A DNA stretch of 62,299 bases, the filler included, from Sphacelaria rigidula (taxonomy: Eukaryota): NCBI GenBank assembly GCA_964200075.2. It is 11 parts of 11 records of this genome, joined end to end, with 100 filler letters (N's around TTAATTAATTAA, not from the genome) between each part and the next. Parts side by side here need not be neighbours in the genome. Positions count along the whole stretch, not along the records: positions 51,056 to 56,627 come from CAXNAA020026216.1; positions 56,728 to 62,299 come from CAXNAA020026217.1; 9 more parts are not named here. One strand, 5' to 3'. Positions 51,902-62,299 of this stretch are shown here, one piece after another. Every line of letters starts with the position of its first letter. Positions within the stretch are counted from its first letter, which is position 1. Both the position numbers and the translations under genes were made by a program. Under the pieces are notes generated by a model. The model saw nothing but the letters and a program-made list of their open reading frames with translations, did not search any database and was not told the DNA's origin.

Positions 51902-53731
51902 AAACTATGGCCACCCCAATTGCGAGGGGAAGTAACAGGAGGCGCCGCACCCGAAATACGAGGGCAAGTATCAAAAGAAGAGATGAAATTATGGGTAGCA
52001 GCCGAGCCAGAGGTAGAAGAGCCACCCCTCGTGCTTCGGCGTCCTTTCGCCGGAGAGGGCGAGAGAATCATAAGGTTCTCGTTTGTTCGTGAAGATCCCC
52101 ACAAGTGGCCAGCCGGGATGCTTGGGGATGGCCCTCCTCTCGCTGGATCCCCACGCGGGTGGCGAAAACAAAAAGGAGTTCCACGGGGTACATAGCCACC
52201 GCTCGTGGTTGCACCTCTTCCCGCCGTAGATGGCGCGAATCCCTTGAGATGCGCTCTTCTCTCTATGTCTGCCTGTAGCGGGCCAGCCGGGGTGCTTGCC
52301 GATGCGATTCCTCTCTCCGAACTTCCCCACAGCGAACCAGCCGAGGAGAGGCGACCCGACCACAGAGGGGGGTGAAAGCCACTACCTGGTTGTCGGTCGC
52401 GATGTTGACTATGCTGCTCGTTTGCATAGCTAGCAGTTTGCTCCACTCCCAACCTAGAACTCCAAACATCAAGTACTGGGGGTTGCGCCGGTCCACGGCG
52501 ACCACCGGCTTCTGGAGTGGACAACGGTACACGTCGACGCGGCGGCGGCATCACAATGCTCACGTGGGCGTCGCTTCCATACTCGGAAACCTCCCCTCCG
52601 GCGTTGTCGTCGTCCATCGCCGCCGCATCTTTCTCCCGGTCGCCACGGTTGTCTATAGACGAGGAAGCTTTGGAGCTGGATCCTTTGCCGCTGTCGTCGA
52701 CTGGAGTATTCCCGCGCCTATCGCCCACGCCCGAAGCATGGATCTCCTCGTTGCCGTGACCCCCATTGGGCGAGTCATCATTTTCCCTGGCACTGTCCTC
52801 ACCTCTGTCACTGTCTTCATCTCTATCATCTCCATCCTCACCGTCGCCCGCGTCTGCGTTCGTAATGCCCAATGAATTGTGATTCTCATTGCACGAAGAA
52901 CTCTCAGCATCATCAAAGCTGTCGCTGCCATCACTGTCTTGATCAGTGTCCTCCTCTTGATGTTTTGGCTCGAGTCATCCTACGATAGGAGGGGGGGAGG
53001 TATTTGGTTGCACGAAAAACGAGGCCCATAAGTGTGTCAGACATCCATCCTTCCACACTTACGTTGCGCTTGTTTTGGTTCCAAACGTTGTCAGGCAGTA
53101 TGGATGAGCGTTATTAATACACAACAAGCTTGTTCGAACAACCGTTGCTGCTTTCAACGACGATCTGACTCGAAATTTCAAGCAACAAATGGCCCAAAAT
53201 ACCCCCCCCCTATCGTAGGATGACTCGCTCCCCCTCGTCCTCACTACCCTTGCTGGCGAAGTTGGAATCAAAATGATCCTTCAACGTCTTCGGATCCGGA
53301 CGTCCTTCATCGATCGATCTGGAAATCTCCGGTACAAACGTACCCTCTGTCGGAGCCCTCGGAGGCCGCGGAGGCTCCTGCTCTTTGTTTTTCGGCGTCA
53401 GCCCCGCCTCCTTGCCCTGCCCCTTCCTTCTTGAGTGGGCAGAGGAACTGTCAACGTCCTCCGTTACCATCTGGTTTATTCTGCGCGTATTCTTCCCGGA
53501 ACCTTTCATCCGATCGTTTGACCCCGTCGTCGTTGCTCCACCGCATTTTCGTTCCGTGTTACGATCGGGCACGCTAGCTTTTGCCGTTTTTCCATCGCCG
53601 CCTCTGGCTGTGGATTTCTGGATCGATGTGGTGCTCGGGTCCCCCTTTGCTTCGAGCCTATCCACCTCAAGACTGATGCCGACGCATTTTTCGTCAGGAT
53701 TATCTTCTCGAGAAGGAGTTAGCTCCCCCAT
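51829..53731 (-). CDS. Long low-complexity coding exon split by a MITE; upstream exon candidates at about 54240-54450 and 55150-55330
   Basis: ORF 53731-53225 and the open frame 52968-51829 join in frame once the MITE is removed (...SEDEGE[R]PKHQEEDTDQDSD...). Repeated G.(L/I)WG(S/T)S motif. Confidence 0.7.
52972..53226. mobile_element. 255-bp MITE, TIR GAGTCATCCTACGATAGG + G tract, 4-bp TSD GCTC (Sola2-like termini)
   Basis: TIRs at both ends; GCTC at 52968-52971 and 53227-53230. Related termini at 22770-22795, 28205-28265, 17030-17070, 34780-34828 and 56538-56570. Confidence 0.93.
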
Positions 53732-56727
53732 GAACTTCCTCTGCCAAACGGATGGCCGTCCTCGTCCCTTTTGTGTTGCGAAAAACCAGCGAAAGACAAC
53801 AACAACAAGGGAATCATGAAGGTGAATTAGAGTTCATCAATGGTGCAGGATAACGGTTAACTGCGTGTTTTCCATCGGATTTGTGTTTGGTCAAGTAGGA
53901 ACCGTTTAAATTTGCATGCCCGCCCGATGCCGAAAATCGAGATGAATATCCCCAGATTCACGGGAAAAGCAAAGTGGAGGATCAGGGTGAAGCGGGCTCG
54001 GAGGTTTGCGGATACGAACGAATCATTACAACCTGCAATATTTCGTTCATAAACAGTCGATGCGAAAGACTACAGGGGACGGTAAGTCACGCCCTCCTGC
54101 TCCTTCTTTTGCCTGCAGAGCTTTGCCGCGAGTGGTTCGTGAGACATCATCGCCACTGCAACCCGTCTCACGTGTCTTTGGACACTTCGAAAGGCATGGT
54201 GGGGAGCAAACACTATACACGTAGGAGAGATCGTTAAAGTTTCTCGACATCTGTCGCGTTCTGTATGCCATTGTGGGAAGGTTGGGATAGTCTCATCGAG
54301 TACCACCCCAACATTCGATGAGCCGCATCGACCCTCATCCGGCCAATACTACTCCCCAACAAATCCCACCAGGATTTCTGTGGAGTAACCGTCCCTATGA
54401 CGGAACAGCGCCAATCAAGGAATCCTTTTTTCTCATCGTCCATAACTCCGCGAAATCTTGATCGTTTTCCATTCTGTTAACTCATTTCCGCCTACCCATG
54501 GTTGTGCGTACCGTCAAAATACCATCATTGTCATCTCCCCTTCCGGTCCCTTGCCCCGGCTGGAGCCCTCCATTTGTTGGCTCAGGCACATGGTAGGTGG
54601 TTTATATTGTTCAGGAGAGAGCACCCAAGTAGTGCTATAGCTCGGGAGAGTCAAATTGAGGAGAAGAGGCTAAGTGGTTGAGGTGGGGGTGCCACAGCGA
54701 CGTGACTACCCTATTATGTCTCACATTCGCACATACTTGACTTGACTGTCAAGACTCGTACGTCACCCCCGAACCTCTTGTCACCCGGATATCCTACTAC
54801 TGATGACCGATGCCACGATAGGGGTGGGGTGTTTGTTTACACGGGAAGCAGGGGCGCACAGGTGAGTCAGACGACCTAACTACTCGTGGGGCGTCTGTAT
54901 TCGGCTGAAAACGGTGTCAAGTGGTTTGAATGAGCGTGTCTTATTTGTAACAAGAGCATTCGAACAAGCGTTTCTTCTTTTAATGACAATTTGGGGGTGG
55001 AATTCCGTTGAAGAAATGACCCGGGATACGTCCCCCGTATCGGACCATCACTCTGACTGGATCTGAACACAGAACTATCCCCCCTAATCTGATGGCTCAG
55101 TGCCAACAGCTCTTTCTCGTATGTGTATGCAGTTCTTGTCTTGATACACCTGGTATGCTTGTACGTATGGCTGTCCCTCGAGAGGCCGCAAGATGGAACG
55201 TTGCGATTCTTAGTTCTTTAGTTCTTTGGGTGGCGGTATTTGAGGCCTTGAGTCTCGCCCGTAGTCGGACCCTGTGTTCATTTCTACTTGTCGCGCGTCG
55301 AGTTGGAAAACCGAGTGCCACCCCCTGAAGTCCGAATGGCCACCTGCGGCAACGGATCTTTTGAGGTTAGCCATATGTACTCCCTTTCTTCAATATTATT
55401 TATTCCTATTTTGCTTGTATCGCGTTTTGTGAGTTTTGAATCTGGTTCTATTTTGTTTTTTGGGGGAGGGTTTTGCTAGCCTGTGACCACGGTAGGCGTC
55501 CGCATCAGATGCCCAGTACGAATGTACCGCCCAGATATCGGAACGGTTTCTTTAATGTGAAGACAACAACAACAAAAATATACACACACATGAGAAGGAA
55601 AGTCGGCCTTCCGACCAAGAACCCCCTCCACAAAATCCCCCTCCACCCAGATTCCAACGCTTTTGCTCTTAAATCCAATAGCTCCTTCTGCAGGCGCCCA
55701 GTCAGAGTAAATGCACGTTACGCCGGGTAACGCCCTACAACACCCATGCTCCCACGAGCTAGCGTGAGCGGCTTCGCCCGACATGCGTACAAAGGCAATG
55801 CGAAAGCGATGGACTGGAACACCTATAGCCAACAACCCGATCGACACACAATGCAGTGCCAGAAACAAATGTGCCTACTCATCGTCCCCCAGAGTCATCA
55901 AGGCGCGCCGGTGCCTCTTCAATACCGTGACTGGGAGCGATTTTGTCAATCTACCAGCGTGCTGCCATTCTGATTATACGTGCACTATCTTGATGGTTTT
56001 CGGCTTCACCAAGTCCCGAATGATATGCCACCTTACATCTATGTTCTTGGTACGGCCCTAACTGAGAGGGTTTTCAGTCAGGGTCATAGCCCCCTCGTTG
56101 TCCTCGTTAACAATGATATCGTACTCCACCGCGCGCTCTTTTATAGAACAATTACTATTGGTCGCAGGAGAGACAGAACCGCCCTCACGAACATGCACTC
56201 GTTGGCCCCTTCGGCCATTGCAACATACTCTTCCTCAGTGGTCGACAAAGCCGCACAGTGCTGTGTGCGGTTGATGCATGATACTGCTACTCCCCAGAAC
56301 ATTACTGCTATCCCGGAAACCGATCGCGTATCCGTCTCTTTTTGGCAAAGGAAGCATCACAATATATTTACCGAAAGCACACTCTCTTCTGAACTGAACG
56401 TCAAGCAGTATATCCTGATCCTAGTCAGGTACGCCGAGACCTTTTGAGCTGCTTCCTGGTGTCTCTCACATAGATCATGCGACTGGCGAGCCAGAACTGG
56501 ACTGCATCGGTCATATCGAGCCTAGTTACACCTGACAGAGTCACCCTACGATAGGGGGGGGGGGGGGGGCGGCCCTGTTTTTTTTTTTCCTGTGTCTTTT
56601 GCCCTTTGGGTGGGGGGGGGGGGGGGGNNNNNNNNNNNNNNNNNNNNNNNNNNNNNNNNNNNNNNNNNNNNTTAATTAATTAANNNNNNNNNNNNNNNNN
56701 NNNNNNNNNNNNNNNNNNNNNNNNNNN

Positions 56728-56905
56728 GAGGGGTTCAGCAGTCCCTTTCCCTCGTCGACCGCTAAGTCGAATTTGTGTACCCACGACGTAGTCGCTCTCC
56801 ACCATTGGGCATTGTGTGATGAAAGATTCCAGATCGCTCCGGGAATCGAACCCCCCCTAATCAACCATCAGAATGTTACGAGGTTACCAACTGAGCCACC
56901 GGGGC
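56728..56905 (-). mobile_element. Second copy of the tRNA-derived SINE, 3' end cut by the contig edge
   Basis: Aligns by eye with 51197-51372 and retains the A and B boxes. Confidence 0.85.
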
Positions 56906-56934
56906 CAGCAGAAAATCCTGCATGTGCATGTCAC

Positions 56935-57025
56935 ACCTTAACTCGAGTTACCAAACCAGCCCGACTTGAGCATACCGCCGTGAACTGCAGACCAACCTGG
57001 TGATGCACGGCACCGCCGCTGGTCG
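56935..57025 (-). repeat. Dispersed repeat shared with 30370-30450; 57505-57600 also resembles 30225-30310 (B-box-like GTTCGAATCC)
   Basis: GCGGCGGTGCCGTG....CAGGTTGGTCTGCAGTTCA..GCG.TATGCTCAAGTCG occurs in both contigs. Confidence 0.7.
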
Positions 57026-57164
57026 ATTGGTGAAGTTTTGGCGATGATCTTATTGTACTGCATTGAGTACTGGGAACGTCTCGTGTCGTTGCGTGACAGC
57101 GTGTCTGAAGATGTTTCGTTTCACGAAATGCGGTAGAATTACGGTAGGGAAGTGCGTCGCACAG

Positions 57165-60100
57165 GCACTCGAAGAGTCGACACGCGCAGGCAAAGGCACA
57201 CTGGTAGTGCTGCAAGATAACATCCAGGTCAACAGCCTCATCACGGGAGAGAACCTTCCAGCCGACGGTCGTTTACACCCCCGAAGTGCAAGATCGTCAC
57301 TGGAGTGTCGAGATATTTCGCAACTCGGGAGGAAGCAGAATCAAAGGCTGACGGGTGGAGGTTGAGCTTTACAGCAATGGCGGGGGTGAAGATTCCTGAG
57401 CGAGCAGTCCTGCAACCGCTACAATCGTGGATTTTGGTTATTCGAACCAGCGATAATTTGTCCGACCCGCGGAATTATGCCAAAAAAACAGCACGTTGTG
57501 CGCCAAAACAAAAATATTTGTGTCGGGATTCGAACTAGTGACCTCTGTAATGGGAGGCGGTTCTACCGGTTGGACCCCCGAGCCGCAGCCGTGTGACACG
57601 AGAAGTTGGATGCTGCGCCAAATATCTGGAAATTTTGGTGGAAATTGCACCAGGATCTCCTCCACACAAGGACGGAAAACTATCCCGGAGATGCCTCTGT
57701 ATTTCTTCAATTCCACGGAGTTATACGGGCTGGGCCAGCCAAAGACGGGTGGTTTTCCCGCTCAGCCGACGCACGGCTCGATATTGGGAGTTGGACACTG
57801 AAATTTCAGACAGAGCTTTATATGATTGACATGCAGAATGCCACGTGAGCAGGCTGATTCAGACCTACCCCCAGCCGTACACATCTACTGGCAGTACAGT
57901 GCTGCTGCTGCTGCCGCTGCTATTGCCTCTTCTCGAGCGGAAGGCGATCCGCGTCTCGACCTGCGACAATGCCCATACACCCTTCCGCGTGATGGCCGCC
58001 CTGCTTGAAGTCGCTGGTCCGTTTATGTGCTGTTTTCCGCCTCGATTGGAACGGCGCGTGAGCTCTCGTGATTATGAAGTTGTGAACCGTCACTTCACTC
58101 ATCACTCTCACGAAATTACCTTTCACTTTCCTTGTTTCGGCAAAACATCACCCAAAGCCAACTCTGATGGGAGTCCTTCAAAATTTTGTTTTTCAAAAAC
58201 ATCAAACGCGTTTTTTTTCCGCCACGATTCTTAACGGGGACCAATACACACACACTATTATGGCATGAAGATGGAATCGCACATTTATTTTGAAGTTGGC
58301 GTGACCTAGGAGTTGTGCACCTGTACAACAGCACCCAAAGAAGATATCCCGGCTGCACAACCATTCCGTGACTTCTCCAACTTGTGTCGACAGCATTTTG
58401 CTCCCACCCATCTGTACACACTCAACTAGCGGCGGTTCAGCATCTTCGGCAATTTTCAGCTTGCATCAAACCGTTTTCGCAGGATTCCAACGCACTACAG
58501 TAAGTACAGTGACAACTGATTGATTGGTTGGTTGATTTGGTTGAATGTCGCCCTTCAATTGACCACCCATGGGTCCAGCCGTGGTCGCATAATAGATGTA
58601 CCCAAGAGAAGCAAAACTGCAACACTACAGCATGGAAACGATGGACGTGGGCACGAATCAAATTTTTGGTTTTACAACCGACACAACATATTCAACACTC
58701 CATGATGGTGGCGCTTTCGGCAGTGTATAGACTTGTGTGGTGACCGGGACACAACGATCGTCTCTTGAGAACAGGCAATCCTCAGCGCAGACCAAACCGT
58801 CTTTGCAGGGCACCACACTACCCGTCAGTCGCAGGACAGGAATGCTGGCTCTGCGCGCGCAAGGGCCTTGTTCATTGCAACACATACTGCAGAGCATTTT
58901 CAACTTTCACAAGGCAGCACTTGCCTGCCGACAGCGCTTGTTGGTAACACAAAAGCAGTCCCACCCAGTACCTGACGAAATTCGTACACGCCTGCACGGG
59001 GTATATGGTGCACGGGGATCTTTAATTTCAATTGAAATACTGTATACCCCGTGCAGACAGCGTGGGTGTACTGCAAGCCTCACTTGTCCTCGTTACTCAA
59101 TAGATGGTGGTTGTCCATGAGGTTGTTGGTAAGTGTGTAACTCGCACCCTGAGCTTTGGATAGATTCAATGGCATGCCCCCCCACCTGAGTCGCTTCCCC
59201 AGTTCAGACTCAATGCCATCACTTCGAAGACTGAAATATGTCAGACAAGCAAGGTTCACCTGAAAAGAGCAGCTAGCCGGTCGAGAGTGGGGTATTCAGT
59301 AGATGTGCATGGCATGACGGTTTCGGTTGGACGTCCCTCACGCCAGTATCCGACTCTGCTACCGTAATAAAACTGGAGTGGGATAGCTATAGCGGTGACT
59401 GACGTCAGGCGAGTTTTCTGGTGTAATGTCCCAAGTAAAGGCCAACCTCGGGTGTGTGATGATGACCATGTGCGAATACCGGGGTGGATCCCCCGTCTCA
59501 AACACGTCTATATGCAGCAGATGAGGTTCTTCTCAATGTTTCCCAGGATATTCCTTGTGAAACAGAAGTACCGTCACCTGAGGGTCATTGTTCGTATCCG
59601 TATCGAGGTGTCGTCATACTCCGAGGATGATCCAGGTCACCTTTCTGACCTCTGCGGTGACTGCCAGTCTCCTTCGAACGCCCAACCTTTCATCCCCACC
59701 AACCTTGTTCTGATTCGCACGATATGATGTTTGTTTTTACATTTTCCCAAGCGGTGTACAAGCTCCGTCACTCCCCGAGGCTTGAGTATGCATGCAGAGT
59801 TTTCACGCTTGGCGAACCCCGTTCATGCAAGAGCTCCAACCCGATCAAGCATCGGGAGCGACGGCGACGTGGCTGTTAAGAACTCTTCCCACTCCCCTTG
59901 CCTGTCGTTACGATTGTTGCTTCCCAGCATGCAACACAGAGGGCTTTGGAGCGGCCTTGGCGAAAGCTGGGAGGAACGCCGTTAACCCACCTCCGCCGTG
60001 TGTGCCGGTACCGTTACGGGGTGCCACGGCGGAGGGAACTAGGCGAAGGGTGAGTCCGGCCAGCTCCACCAACGGATCTGTACACGGATCCGTGTGCTCC

Positions 60101-61857
60101 AACGGATCTCCGAATGAGGATGACCTGGGACGATCAGGTGAGCTTACTTTTCATATTGCATTTTGCTTTTATGAGGTCACTGGGACGCTTGCGGAGAAAG
60201 TGATCGTGTGTCGATCCCGGTGCAGTGTCAATTATGCTTGATGAACATGTGTTGGGACGATATAAGTTAGCATCACTCCTGTGCTGTGCTAAATTGTTGT
60301 AAAATGATGGCTGCATAGTGGTCTGCACTTGGCTTGAGGGCTAAGCCCTGGTAACTGCTGACCAGGTGGAATGTACCACAGACAGTGGCGACATGTCGCG
60401 TCTTGCCCGGAAATCGACTAGATCCTATACTGGTCTTGGTTATACTAATACTTCACGAACGACTGTTTCACCAACGGCCCCTGCGCTCTCTCCGTGTGTT
60501 TATTGATCATGCTCCCCGCCCTCGACGCTTCCTTCACGTTTTTTTTCTGTGAAAAGGCCGGAGGAGGCGAAGAACCGGACACCGGGTATCGACGTCCATG
60601 TCCCCCGCCTGGGCAGAGGCCACCGAGTGGGCGGCACAGCAAATTTTGGGCCTCGACAAGATGCCCACCGCAAAAGTCAGTACGCCGGTGGATGGACAGA
60701 CCCCCGTTGATGGAAGGACGCCAGTGGACGGCAGGACCCCCGTGCACGGTAGAACGGCCAGTAGCGGTTGTAAGCAGGCTCGCGTTGGGAGGACGCCACC
60801 CAAAAACGGGATCGTGCAGAACAGTGTTCTGCCCAGTAGCGGGAGCGGGGGCGGCCCGGGGGACCCTGTTGGTTCGAGCAAGGGTGTGACCATGAGTGGC
60901 GTCGGTGGTGGAGTGGCGGCCCCTATCCCCGAGTCGAGGGAATCGTTGACACCTGTTTCAGGGGAGAGCCGTGCGGCAGTGAGCTCTGCGAGCGACTTGA
61001 GGAGTTCGGGTACACCCCCCAAAGGCGACAGTAAAAAGCATGCTGCTGCTGCTGCTGCCGCGACGGCAGCGGCTGTTGCTCTAGCCGCCACGTGTAGTGT
61101 GAGGCACAACTCGCCGTCCGTCAGTGGCAACACCCCTTCATCCAAGAGCAAAAAGTCGCAACCCACTGCTGCAACTACTGTGGCTGTTCCGTCAGCACCT
61201 GCGACGAGAACCGTGTTTCCACCCCCGCCCATCAACACGTGTCCTCCAGACGCCACCACGAAAGCCTCCACAAAATCCCCAGCAACAAGGATATCGTCTT
61301 CGTCTACGTCGATGGCAAAGGTCAACACCCCAACCGTGCAAAGACCACCGCCCCCAGTAACGACGGCACCTTCCCCTCCCGCCCCTCCGCCGCCTTCCCA
61401 AAAAGCTCCGTCCCCTCCCGCTGGAGTAAACACGGGCGGGGGTCCCCGCTCAGGCGGTGGAGGTGGTGGACTGAGGGCGCCGGAGCCCCCTCCTGTGCAG
61501 GCGCCGCTTCCACCTGCCACGCAAGCTGCTGCGTCGAGTAATGACACGGCGTCGTCGAAGTGGGGGTCTGGGGGAAGGGGTGCCGTGGCGGCCGAGGGGT
61601 GTGGGAATGGTGTCGTTGCTTGTGGGGAAGGCTTGGGCGGTCAGGGGTTAGGTTTGGGTCAGATGTTGGGGATTGGGTTACGTGTGACCGTAGGTCCGGG
61701 GTCGGGGAGTGGGGTAGGCAGTACTGGAGCTGGGGGGAACTCTGTGCTCAGTCAGGGGCAAGGCGTACCGGAAGGGTTCCGACCACCAAGACTCCGGATG
61801 TTGAGCAATCCCGGGACCCTGAGTAACCCCGGAGGGTGTCGCGCTGCTGTGGCCAGG
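57165..61857 (+). CDS. Partial multi-exon gene for a Pro/Ser/Gly/Ala-rich protein; exon candidates about 57165-57360, 58776-59000, 59940-60137 and 60556-61856
   Basis: 420-codon open frame ending AG|GTGAGA; CAG|GTGAGC donor at 60137; includes a TPV(D/H)G(R/Q) x4 18-bp repeat at about 60681-60755. Confidence 0.65.
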
Positions 61858-62299
61858 TGAGAGGCCCGGCTGGGCGCTGTGCTTTTGAGTTGCGCTTGTG
61901 CTGCATACAGAGGCGAAGGGTGGGGGGTTATTTGCCGATGACTTCCTTGCGTAGTTGTAATTGAGATCCTGCACTGCCGGTGATGATATAATCTCGGCGG
62001 GAATTGATCTTTGTTGAACCGCAGGTGCGACTTCGAAGGATGGGACGATCGAAAATCCGGTACACCGTCCCTAGCGTGTCGATTCATGTACAGGATATTC
62101 GGGAGCACGAATCGGCCGTTTCTTGTGTCCTCTTCTCAGTTTGCCAAAAAAACTGCGGCAGTGGATGAATCCGTTTTTCTTGACCGGTTTTAGGCGCCGA
62201 AAACGCCATACATTGACGGAGATGGACCAACCGTACGCGTGCCTGTAGCGTTTCAGCGAGCGTTTGTGCTTCGTCTGGTACGGTCAGGCCCCGCCCCCT

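Larger units (their letters stand above)
5574..56727. other. Ten artificial 100-bp contig spacers (44 N + TTAATTAATTAA + 44 N) starting at 5574, 11247, 16920, 22593, 28266, 33939, 39612, 45284, 50956 and 56628
   Basis: Identical structure with a six-frame stop linker. The intervening contigs are 5573 bp (x7) then 5572 bp (x4), i.e. length-sorted. Confidence 0.98.

Noticed and set aside
51328..52195. Mirror-image ORFs on both strands
   Set aside because: They are a by-product of the palindrome, not independent genes.

Overview
This is eukaryotic DNA, most consistent with a brown alga (Ectocarpus-like intron and splice style, CAGTA microsatellites, Copia/Gypsy/LINE/SINE load); the organism is an inference. 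It is not a continuous locus. Eleven unrelated contigs of 5573 or 5572 bp, sorted by length, are joined by identical 100-bp spacers (44N-TTAATTAATTAA-44N), so adjacency across spacers carries no information. Contents: a degenerate Copia element, a degenerate chromodomain Gypsy element, two LINE RT remnants, a tRNA-derived SINE family, several MITE families with resolvable TIRs and TSDs, exons of a pirin and of an EF-hand protein, and several low-complexity multi-exon genes. The most interesting contig is 51056-56627. There, a 255-bp GAG-terminated MITE with a 4-bp TSD sits inside a long coding exon so that a GT in its TIR and an AG in the duplicated target could splice it out in frame (candidate Introner). 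The 3' end of the same gene is triplicated with an inverted middle copy (257-bp palindrome arms), and a SINE with a 10-bp TSD is inserted at the second palindrome apex.
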